Source: Lingula anatina
Lineage: Eukaryota; Animalia; Brachiopoda
Assembly (NCBI GenBank): GCA_051362555.1
Contig: CM120640.1
Location: 36,723,967-36,787,966, forward strand
Reading direction: 5' to 3'
DNA length: 64,000 nucleotides
The translations under genes and the position numbers were made by a program. Positions 52,501 to 64,000 of the stretch are shown one piece after another; the first letter of the stretch is position 1; every line of letters starts with the position of its first letter. Under the pieces are notes generated by a model. The model did no database searches, had not been told where the DNA came from, and saw only the letters and a program-made list of their open reading frames with translations.

Positions 52501-55500
52501 TTTTATATGGTTTGGTCTCAGCTTGAGGTCTCATCCAAACTTCTGCTGTGTAATCCCTCTGTATTCTTGCCATCTGCTTATTCTATAGATTCACTGGTTC
52601 TACTCCACTGAATCCAGGATTAAGTGAAACACCTTATAAGGGTGAGGGCATTGTAATCAATCTTGTACTTCATGTCTTGACTTGTTATTTCTACTGCATA
52701 ACTTGTCATCTCAATTTTATTTCTAGTTAAAACATTAAGTGTATTTTTTTTTTAGATTTTTCCTCCTTAATTAACAGTTTCAAAGTCACTTAATGCTGTT
52801 TTTTCCCTAATGAAATAGAAACAAAAGAAATTTGAAAATTATTGGTGTCTTTATACAGTCCCTGTGTTTAATGAAGTCAGTGATTCTGATATATTTCATT
52901 ATCTAATGGAAAAGAATGTGGGAGGTAGCATTATCAACAGAAGGTGGTAGAGATCTTGAAACTGACAGTTAAGTGGGGCCTTTATGTTGTGCAGCGATAA
53001 GTATGGCCAGTCAAGTGTCAACAGGAGGGTTGGGAAGGAGCTTACAGGCACTGCTCACATGCTCAGTTCAGATAACAGTTTCTCCACTACAAGTTCTGTG
53101 TGGAAACTGAGGGTGAAGTAAAGTACAGAAAGGAGCCAGCAATGGTGTACTGATGCTAAGCAGTCTAGTATATTTGACTTCTTCATAACCATCCTATCAG
53201 CATCATTTTCCAGTGGATAAGAATGCCTCATGCAGAGGCCCTACTAAGACTGGTAGGTATTTAGTACCATCATTTTTCACAGTGTAGATTAGCATCAGTA
53301 ATGCCTGTGTTTAACCTGAAGAAAGAGCGCAAGGGGATTTGCTGAGCCAGACTTTCACATGAATAGGTGGCTGAAATTAGATGGAAGATAAGGCAGTGAA
53401 GTCTACAACAGAATCAATGCATTGATTCTTATTGCTGCAGCACGATTTGGGAATTATGTTTACTCTGTTGATGCATTAGAAGAAACATGAATGCAAATAT
53501 ATAAATGTACATGATATATGTCAATGTCTTACTTAAATGATACTAAAAAAGTTGAATTTTTTTTTTTAACGTACAGTGTTCAGCCTATAATTAGTTTCTT
53601 AATTTACAAAATTCTGTAATTGCATCATCTCACCATTAAAATCACAGAAGTATGGGAGTGATAAAACTGGCATTCAGATAGGTAACTGTAATCAAGACTG
53701 ATTGCAAATACCAGAAAGTCTCACTTTATTTACCCACAAACTTATCACTGACTATTAATATTGCAAAAATGCTGATTTTCCATTATTGTATTTTTCTGTC
53801 TTTTTTATTGGTCTAAGTGCTGCTCTTGGTGCATGTGAAGCTTGAGGCAGCTGTGTAGTGCCTGGGAATTGCTAATAAGATGGCTGTTACAGAGTATATA
53901 AATAGGTATAAACCGTCTAATAGATTTGCCCAGCTCTTTATATTAGTTACAGTAAATTTTGAGCTCATGATTGATAATTTTTGTTCATGAGCTTTGTTTT
54001 GTAGACACGTTAACCTTCAGCTTACTGGGATATTGCACTATTGATTTTCACAGATTGCTGTCTTTTCAACAAGTCATTTTAACCACAAATCTTTGTTTAA
54101 TGATTCACTGGCATCTGTCGCTTTAGTGCAGCATACGCAGCGGAAATAAAGGGATTTTTGTTTTGTTTTTTAAGCTAAAGTCAAAAAGTACTGTTTGTTA
54201 TCACAAGATCTGTTATTCATTTTTTTTTTTTTTTTTTTTTTGTATGCTGATTAAGGTTTAAAATTGAAAAGGTTTGGCAGCTTGTTATGTGTATGATACA
54301 ATGAGAAGTTGTCTCAACACAGTGAAAATATTATAAAACATTGTGATGCTACATCCAAGATCCTGTTATTGATATCACAAGATCTGTTATGAATTTACAA
54401 GAAAGGAAAATTATAGTATACAAAAAAAAAAAAAAATAAAAAAAATTGAGGTGTATTACTGATGGCATATATATAAAATATATATGAAATAGGATGTAGG
54501 TATGATGGTTCTTGTATGACAAAATTTTGTGTGGGAATTATACCGGCACATACCACTTATGCTCTTTTTAAATCCTCAGACGAGACAGTATATTCGTTCG
54601 TACACTAAACTAGAGTGACAGGAACATAATATCTTCCTGACGTGGCTGGTAGTGGCAACACGGCTATTCCAATGATAACCTAATCTGCAACGTTTCATTG
54701 TTTCCTTAATCAGATCATTAAATATTTAATTAAGCTGGGGGTGCTGGCTGTGTGCATATAACCTTTAGGATGGCGTATGTGGCACACATGAGATAGTGTT
54801 TGTTGTGAGGCTAATGGGTTTGCTCAATATTCTCAACCTTATCCCATGCAGGTGAGTTTTAAATTCTTTCTGCGGGAGATGTTTTTAATAATGGAGGCTG
54901 GTTAGTTGTTTGTAATGGTTAACTTACAAACAGGATACAGTAATGTAGCATCACACAGGGAAAGGAAATATGTGGAGGAATAATGGACTTCCTGCAATCA
55001 CGCATGGGTTAAATGTGGAAGTCTGTAGAACAGGGAGCCTGAAACAAAATTGATATGTGAAGTAAGGTGATTTATGATCATTTATCATAGGTTTTTTGCT
55101 TTAAAGACCCAGTCCCAGATCTAAAAATTTTAATGTGTTTAATGTGATGCATAATGATGTTGTGATAAGATAAAAGATAATAGCCTAAAGATATGTATTA
55201 AGCATGCATTTTTTGCCCGGTTTTAAGCCTTTGAAAACCAATTAAACAAGATGCAAAAGTGGCCGAGCTCCCTCTGCTGCCAGACTGGAATTTATCAATA
55301 AATGAGGCTTGGGTTGAATTGTAGAAAAATCAATAGGAAAAGGCCCTTTGTGTTGCAAGTCAACAGATTGTATAGATGTGCTTAGAGTATATTTATACAC
55401 CTCGGAAGACTGCATTTACAGTCGTTTTATTGTGTAAAATGATTGGATCTGAATGGCACAATAGGGCTGGAAATAATTTCAATATTCTTCTTCACCTTGT

Positions 55501-58500
55501 TGTGTTCCCCGGAGCTACTTACATATAGTCCTTACTAAACATTAGGGGGACCGGTCCTATCAATTATCTTTCAGTGTATATCCACAGTATTGTACCATAT
55601 AATTGGTTGATTGAGTATGTGATAGGTGGTTGTACTGTGTTCCTGACTGTGTAGCCAATGAGAGTGTAGGATCTGTGACCAGAGGCTGACAAGCTGATTA
55701 TCAAATGTGATTGACAAGGCATTGTGAGCTGCATGCTGCACACACACACACACCACTAACAGACTTTGGAATACAGGAGAGAAATGCCAGAATGGTGAAC
55801 AATGAGAAAAAATAAGGTCAAGAATTTTAGATAATCTTCCTAAAGGTTTTGTAGCAGGTAAGACAAAGAGATCTTTACCCAGTTAATGACGTGCACACTT
55901 TTTAAAGCTTAGTGGGAATAAGTTGTGTTTATTTAACAAGCCTAGTGTTAGGATCCATCAGAAGTACAGTGTGTGAAATGTCAAGAGGCGATATCACTTA
56001 CCTACAAAAAGCATCAGGTTGCTTTTCACATATATGAATGCAACACTTGTTCTTAAGAAATTGAAATGGAAACAGTAGAGGGATATGAATGGTTTGGGGC
56101 ATTTGAATCTTATGATATGATGCTAAGAATAGTTCAGGTCTTAGAAATGATAAAAGTCTCATGCTAGGCACCTTAATGTACACATTTCATATGGTCGATT
56201 TTATGCTCGGGATATTCTCCAAAGTCAGGCCTATTACTCACAAAAATTGATTCATGGGTTCATTTGTGTAAAAGACTCAAAATATTCCAAAGTAGCTAAA
56301 GGCAGCACACAGTGAGGCATTCTGTTGTGCAGTGGGAAAGAGGCACAGGGTCAAGCATGAAATGCTTCGCACACAAACCAGCTGGAGGATGAATTACTGC
56401 CTTCCTGAGGAGTGATAACAGTTGTTAAGAATTCCAATCTATATAGCCCCAAATCTCAGGCTTAAAAAAAGAAGTGGTGTAATTTTAGACTTCTCTCTCT
56501 CAAACCGTTGTTGGGATATGGCATTTAGAAAGAAACTGAGTTTAAGTGTATTTACACAGGGAAGCAAATCAATGGTTTCTGTTTTATTGCTGTGCAGGGG
56601 CTAAGCGCTGTCTAGATGCAGTGTGAGGTAGATCTCTGGGGAAGGAACTGATGGAAGTTATTAAAAAGAACCATTTCTTAAGGAGGGAAGACTTGAAAGG
56701 GAGAAGTGATATCCTCTCACATGAGTCAGTTTGCCTTGTGGGAGCCAAATTACATTACACTAATATATAACGTTACAGGTCAGTGAAGTACACTTAGATG
56801 TTATTGAATGCCAAAAAAGCTTGCACATTTGTTTTTATTTGCAGCATTAGTTACTAAGTATACATACTCTATGTGGTTTACGGTTTGTTTAATTTAACCA
56901 TTTCGACAGTCCATCATATTCTGGCTACATGAAAATGTAGGTTTCCTGTTATGACTCAGTTCAACTGGACAGGGCACACAAAGGCTTATCATGGATGTTT
57001 GGATTAGATGGCTGGTGATAGAAACTTTTGATAAGCGCCACATTCAGCTGGGCCGCCACCACCACACCTTTCAGTACAGTTATACTTGGCTAAGATTACC
57101 AGTTAAAAGCTTAGATGCTGCAACAACTGTCTCAGGTGAATATAGTAGTCACATGAAGCACAGGGCCCAAGACTGAAGAGAAGGAACCTTTGTAAGGTGT
57201 CACATATCAGGTGCTGAAGTGATTTTTGTCCATCATATAAAGCTTTTCTAAGGGCTATATTAGACATTGCTTAAAGAGTTGATAGGTGTTCAGATTTTCC
57301 TGTTTTTCTTAAACTAGTTTTTAGAGATGTTTGCCATCAATATGTTATTGAGTTCCAAAACAAGCATTCTGTAGACAAGTTTCAAAAACATGTTTTTCTT
57401 TTCTTTGCTTTACAGAAAAGTGAATTGTGCACCCCTTACAGTATGTAAAAAAATTAGGGTTACTTACTGCCTTTTTTACCCCTTAAATATACAGCTTGTC
57501 AAAGGTAATGCACAGTTAATTGCCAATTGCCAATGAAGAAAAAAAAATAGGGAAAATTAGCTGGATCAAGTCTAAGTCCACAGTTTTAAATGAAAGCTTG
57601 AAATGTATTTCACAATACACCATGTGCATCTAAACCTATTTGGATCTCTCCTAAAATCAATTGTGCCTTGTCCCATGCCAAATCAATCATGAATACTTGA
57701 AAAAGTATCCTGCTAACAGATGGACAGCCAGACAAATTAAACTCAAGTAATCATATAAGGACTGCCAATTGGCTATTGACCATTAAAAGCTATTTACATT
57801 TAATACTTTTTCAGCATTTGTCTCAAATTACATGTTCTTTTAACAACACCAGTTATTTAAATGCCTGAGAGAACTAAACATCATTTTCCTTTGTTTGAAA
57901 GTTATAGAAACCCAAGGCAGAGATGCTACTCTCAGTTGATGGGCTTGAAAATATCATTAATTCTGTGTGACACACAATCATGAGCAGAATAATATTCTAG
58001 TGCCTATTGATTCTGTTGCTACAGTGACACATACAGTTTCAGTGAAGTCTTGATTGAAATGGATGCAGAGTGACTAGAAGCTTCAAGTAATATGGAAGTT
58101 CAATTATCTATACTTTGGACTGTATGAGATGTAAATTATGCTGTTGAATTCTAGATGCATTTGTTATTAGATATTGTTTAAATATATATATATTTATATA
58201 TTAAAATAATGATTAAACCTTTTTTTGCAACCTATGAAAATGATTATTTGAAAAACAACATGTTTGTATGGTAACCTAGGTTTGTTTAATTTTGAGTTGC
58301 CTGACTTTAAGTTTATATCAACTGGTGCACTAGTCTCAAAGGTAAAGTTAAAACAGTGTTTAAATATAGCTGCATTCCCAGTTGCTAGAGTCCAGACCAT
58401 TACCATTTGGCTCTATACAAATTCAACAAGTGAAAGGCTGGGCCAAAGGGCTATAATTTGTGTCTTCTGTCAGGGTAGTGGAGAATGTAATTATACTATG

Positions 58501-59747
58501 ACCTGTCTGCTAAACCAGGTGAGCAAGCAGGAAAACACCTTGAGCATATTATCTTACAAGGCAGCTCAGGTACTTCATGTTGTGCCCTACTCACACACAC
58601 ACTGTATTCATCTGCATGCTATTATGAATTGCAGTTTAACAAAGGGTTAATAGAAAAGAAAATACCTGCATGGGAAGGCGTTTCAATGTATGTTTTGTTT
58701 CATTTAAGAGGTCCTGGTAGTTAAAGCCAGTGAAAAAAGAACGAAATCAGAAAGCCCTCATGTGAATGGAAATGGAATTTGCTAAGTGATGAATACATTA
58801 TAAAATTTGAGGTTAAGTTCTGTTTGATGTGCTGCCGTCATTGTTTGGGACTGATTCTGTACTCGTGTGCTGTAGTCATTGTTAAATACTGGTTCTGTAC
58901 TCAGGTCAGTGTGTGATTTATTGGGGTGGTAAGCCAGATTAATTATGTAACTAAAAATGCTGTCAAGCTTTGCACATCTAATCAGGTGTCATTTTTCTCC
59001 TGGTTGCAATCACTAAAATATATCTAGGCTCATGTATACATAGATATGGATTCGTTGTGAACAATATGAAAAAAATATGAGGTAAATTATCAGCCTTCTG
59101 CTCGGGGAAGTTAAAAGCGGTAGGTTTATCAGTAGAGGTGATGTATTAGGGCAGCCTAGTGTATTACATAGAATGTAACCTGCACACCTGAGGGTGATGG
59201 TCACATGAATTATGCAACGTCAGGGCCTCATGAACTTTCAGCCAAAGGGAAACCTGATCTGATGGAGCTCACTTGAATTTACTCACTGAGGAAAGAGGAT
59301 ATTTAGTGTAAAAGTGTATGGCAACCTTTGGTTGTTTGTGCAAATGGATAAATCACTAAGAAATGCAAGTGAGGTTAAATGTTATGCTTATAAATTGCTG
59401 AAATTAAACTCCCCATTTTGTAATCATGAAGGTGGCTAGTATAAGGTATGAGTAAGTAGACTGCTGGCGGCTTGGTTCAGTAAGATAGATGGCATTCCTT
59501 TGTCAGTGAATGGAGCCTTTGTTAATTGGTATTTGATATTTATATTAAGCGGGCTTAGCCCCTCTATAGCTGTACAAGTTGGTAGATTTATTGTATGTCA
59601 TGTTGTGAATAACAGGAATACCACGAGGAAACAAAGGAAACATGTCATGATTAAGGGCTTTTGTGCAGTTATGACAGTTCTTTATGTTATCATTACAGGT
59701 CTGAGGCAGTTTCGGAAGGTGTAAGATTCTCATAGAAAGGGAAACCA

Positions 59748-62700
59748 ATGAAAGAGAAGCCTGGAGAGAGCCCAAGTGGCTTGACCCCCAAGTCTTCAGG
59801 ACGGGAGACGAGGAGCAGCTACAGCCCGGTTTCCAGTTCAGGAAGGAATGCCTCTCTAGACTATGACGAGGATGATTGGGAGTTCGGCGTTGGAAATCTC
59901 GTAATTGATTTAGATGCTGATACTAATGAGAATAAGAATACATCCAGCATCAGATCACCTCAAAAATCCCCCAGGATGAGCAGCATTGAGCACCAGTCTA
60001 CCATTGATAAAGGCTTAAAAATGAAAATTAAACGGAAAAATGTGGGCTCTAAGCTCAGTGAAAGCAAACATGAAATAGCTGAAAACCCAAAAGCATCTGC
60101 TATTGCTTCTTCTACTACTACCAGTTCTTTACAAAGCAGTGGGTCTGGAGATCCTTTTATTGTCCCAACTTCCATTCCGTTTGGTACAGAGAGGGGGAAA
60201 ATGAGTCCTCAGGATAAAAATAACAAGGGCAGAGGCAGTATCAAGAAGGAAAAATCAAAGGATATAAAAACAAAAGCTGCTGCCTCTGCCACTGAACCAA
60301 ACAACTTGAATGGCAATCCATTCTTGCCAGCAGGTTCAACTGGATGTAGTACCTCTGACTCTGCAACTCATAATTCAACTTCTGAAACTCATATGTCTGT
60401 TTTTAATGTGAAGAGAGAAATGGTTCATGACCCATATGAATTCAATGCTAAAGTGGAAGACGGTATAGAGGATTTTGGATTACCCACTAAGAAGATCAAA
60501 ATCGAAAAGGTAATTCAGTTTACTGGGATTTCCTGATAAAAGTCGGTCGTCCAGATGTTCTGTTATTGAAAATTTGATAGGTGTTCACACATGCCTTTTA
60601 AGTTTTTCCCAGCCTATGGGCTATTCTGAAGGTCAAACAGGCTTATGTTAAAATTTAAGGTAGAATGTAGCACTGATGGAGGTCACATTTTTTGTTTGTC
60701 TTTCTCAAACATTTCCGGTTTTGTAAAACAGTAAGTGGTCAATCTGAGTTGAAGTTTTTATCTCATTTGCCATGCCTGGCTCAGTTTGGTAACAGAGTGA
60801 AATTTAGCAAAAGTTTACACAATTTGATGCAAATGAAGTATAAAATCTTGTTTTCAAAATTTCACATGGTAATTGTTTATCACTAAAATTGAATAGACAA
60901 AAGTTATGAAAATTTAATGAAATATTGATGTGCACACAAGGAGGAACAAGAAAGCATGTTCATAAACATAATTTATATGCAAGCTGCTGTGCAAGTAGTA
61001 TTTTGAACACATGCAAGCTGGCTTGGTTATCTTAGTTTTCATCTAAATTGTCAGTTGTGTAGCTAAATGACTACAACCAATTACTTATATGGCTCTAGTA
61101 GGAATACCCAAAAGCATCCAAACTGAATGTGGTATTAACATGTATGTGTTTCCCTCGCAGTAACAAAGCAGGTGCTCTATATGCCATTGAGATACCTGGC
61201 CAAAATTACCTGTGGTTCACGTTGGGCCCAGTTTCAAAACATTTTGAGGCGTGAACTAAGGGCAAGAATGTAAGGAAAAAAGTTTGGATTTATTTAATTA
61301 GCAAGGTCATCTTGAGATGATCTGACTTTTTCATAGATGTAGCCCTTGTGCTAATAGTGGTATTTGCCAACATTTATCTAAAAGGTTAGAAAAGAGCAAG
61401 CACAAAAATCTACACACGTAACAGCATAAGTAGGTTAAATTGATCTGTTGACTTAAAACTGAGATTAAATCAAATTATTGAAAGCATTCATTGTTGCTGC
61501 AGATTGGCATAACTTGGTGGGGATAATTTTAGACCTACATAAATACTATCAGTATATTTTGATATTAAAGAAAGGTAGAAATAATTTTTTTTTTTATTTT
61601 GATACCTTACAACATGCATGAAGCGAATACAAGAGTAAGTAGCATCAAATTGATTGTAAGAGATGTTAAAATATTTCACAATTGTAACCCTGAGTGAATT
61701 CCAGTTAACTCTTGAAAATAAATTGTAAAAGGATATATATATACTCAATCAAGATGATTTGAGTTGACACTAAGGCTTCCTATGTCATGGAATACCAATG
61801 TGGTTTTTGTGAACACATCATCACAATATACATGGATAATGAGAGTCACTTCACGTGATTGGTACCACAGGAAGAACAGTTTTAACATGGAATCAAGTGG
61901 CCTAAATCCTGTTTCATAAAAGAATCCAAGTCAGATATTGGTCTTAACAAAAAGAATTTTTAGAAAAGAAATAATCTTCTGCTTTGTAGTAGTCCTCCAG
62001 AATGAGGGTATAATTAGGTCTCCGTCTATTCCACAAATATAAAAAAATGACAGGTGTTTTAGATTGACAGTTACCATATTCTACGGAACTACTGCTGATT
62101 TATCCTTTGTTCAAAGTACGCTGACATTTTTGGTGTTCAAGTTGACACCTACTTGAGGGGTTTCTTTGTGAAAAGGGTCCATGCTCAGTGATTTGTGGGA
62201 AGGCTAACCTAGTGTGTGTGCTTGGGATTGGAGGAAGGGAGATAAATCAAAAATTCATTCTGAAAGTCGTGTCTTTGTTAATTGTTGCTTAAGGGTCAAT
62301 GGTAAATGTGTTGAGTAATGAAGCAATGGCTTTTGAAAGCTGTTTAAGGAATGAACACTAATGTATTTCTGCTGGTCATTGTATCATTAATAAAAATGTT
62401 TTAAAAGTATAATTTGCCTACCACTTACTAAAGGACAGGTGGTTTTAATATCTCTCAACCCCAGTTGATTGTACAGTGTTAATGTTTTACTCGTTAATTA
62501 ATCAGTTTGAATGATAAAAAAATGCATATTTTTGGAAAGGGACATTTGAAAATAAACTAGTAGAAAAATAGATGAATGATGGGGAATAAAGGGAAAGTTG
62601 TTCTTCTGCTCATAATTAGCGACAGATGGTTTGATAAATGACTAAGTCACTTATACAACTTGGATATAACTCTCTTGGGTTAAATAATGAATGATTTAAA

Positions 62701-63881
62701 TAATTTTTTGTAAGACAGAATATAAAGTTTTATATAATATATTTAATGTTTTTCCCCATCCCCCAGCCTGAGGGAGCATCTTGCCACAGCCTGAGCCAGC
62801 AGTCCAGTAGTCACGGTCAGCAGAGGCGGGAGGTTGGGACAGAGACCTTCAGTGTGGGCATCTCTACTGAACCTGAGTGCCTGGGCCCCTGTGAACCAGG
62901 CACCACTGTCAACTTGGAAGGCATTGTGTGGCAGGAGACAGAGAATGGTAAATGTTGTCTTGATAGGGTGAAAGTTCCCATGGTGCTGTAGCTCATACTT
63001 TTCACGGCCAATTGAAAATGTTCTAACAAAATGGAAATGATATTTTTGTTTAATTTGAATTATTGATGGGACAGTAATGTGGTGGGAGAACATTCTTCGC
63101 AATGCATGAATTATAATGTACTTAAATCATTATCAAAGGTGGGGACTTCATAAAGGTAGTGTTCTGTAATTATTGATATGCTCAGCACATATGGTAAATA
63201 CAGACAATAAAATAGATTGACAAACATTTATTAAAGGTGGGGACATAAAACCACCAAAGAGATATAAAACTGCCTATCTGATCAAAGTTAAGTATTGGGC
63301 ATCAGGTAGTTTGTGTTTTAGTGTACTTTATTAATGCCCTTGCATTTTAATTATTTAAAAACTTGACAGCCATCAGCATTGCAGCTATGAAGAATACTAG
63401 AAACATTGATTTCTTTGTTTCATTGTTTAGATAGGCTATAAATTAACTTGTTAACAATGTGAATAGGTATATATGAATCAATATCCAAGGAGATAAATTG
63501 AGTTTGATAGAAAAAGGACACATACTCAGCATGGTGTGCAAATTCAGAAATCTGCTAAACATGCATGCACTTTACTGTATTACAGCTTCGTAAAAAGGTC
63601 AAATTAAATATTCATAGTTATTTTTGTTTCCCACACGTTGGAATAGTTTGAAAGGCATGATCGTGACCAAGTTTTAAAATGGATCAGATCTGATAAATGT
63701 GTGTGAGTGTGTGGTTTAAAATTTATTTTTCAGTGTTCAGTCAGACCATTTGATATACTTGAGAGCTATGCTAAGTATGTGGTGTTCTTCCAGGTATGCT
63801 GGTTATAAATGTTACCTGGCGTGGAAAGACCTATGTAGGCACACTGCTTGATGCTACCAAACATGACTGGGCACCTCCCAG
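59748..63881 (+). CDS. ZNF609: Zinc finger protein 608/609 (scribbler/brakeless family), first three coding exons; gene continues beyond the window
   Basis: Exon 59699-60509 (ATG 59748; [28 protein letters not shown], ends KKIKIEK), 62767-62947 ([27 protein letters not shown]) and 63794-63881 ([29 protein letters not shown]). These are ZNF608/609/Sbb signature motifs; probably co-orthologous to both vertebrate genes. Confidence 0.95.
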
Positions 63882-64000
63882 GTACAGTATATCTTTGTAT
63901 ATATACACTTTCTACCCATTAGGATGAAATAAGTGGCTTTTTCCCTATTTTTTGTCGGTTTTGCACTTTGCTGATAAGATACAGTAACATAAAAGATATG

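Noticed and set aside
47100-59690. Many 60-128 aa ORFs in the long ZNF608/609 5' intron
   Set aside because: Composition is typical of random AT-rich DNA; no domains, and the ZNF608/609 start motif is complete in the downstream exon.

Overview
AT-rich, intron-rich animal genomic DNA; the repeat types suggest an invertebrate, possibly a mollusc (inference). Exons were assembled by hand from GT-AG junctions and phase consistency. Four conserved genes are present: casein kinase I gamma (CSNK1G/gilgamesh, +, 5' end outside the window, two alternative terminal exons), PCLAF/PAF15 (-), TRIP4/ASC-1 (+, head-to-head with PCLAF) and the 5' part of ZNF608/609 (scribbler/brakeless, +). This is the same four-gene neighbourhood as human CSNK1G1-PCLAF-TRIP4-ZNF609. 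Between TRIP4 and ZNF608/609 lies a CpG-richer island (about 36-47 kb) with two TATA-promoter genes I cannot name: a secreted 10-Cys peptide that looks like two CS-alpha-beta defensin modules in tandem, and a basic 216-aa orphan with two SxIP motifs behind a dense CRE/NFI/PAR-bZIP motif cluster. Other signals worth testing are a UGA-C stop-codon readthrough candidate in CK1-gamma and a ZNF608/609 first coding exon whose back-splice would recreate the circ-ZNF609 ORF design. Introns carry non-autonomous hAT-like, Kolobok-like and Helentron (HINE)-like elements. No database searches were possible; homology calls come from recognised motifs.
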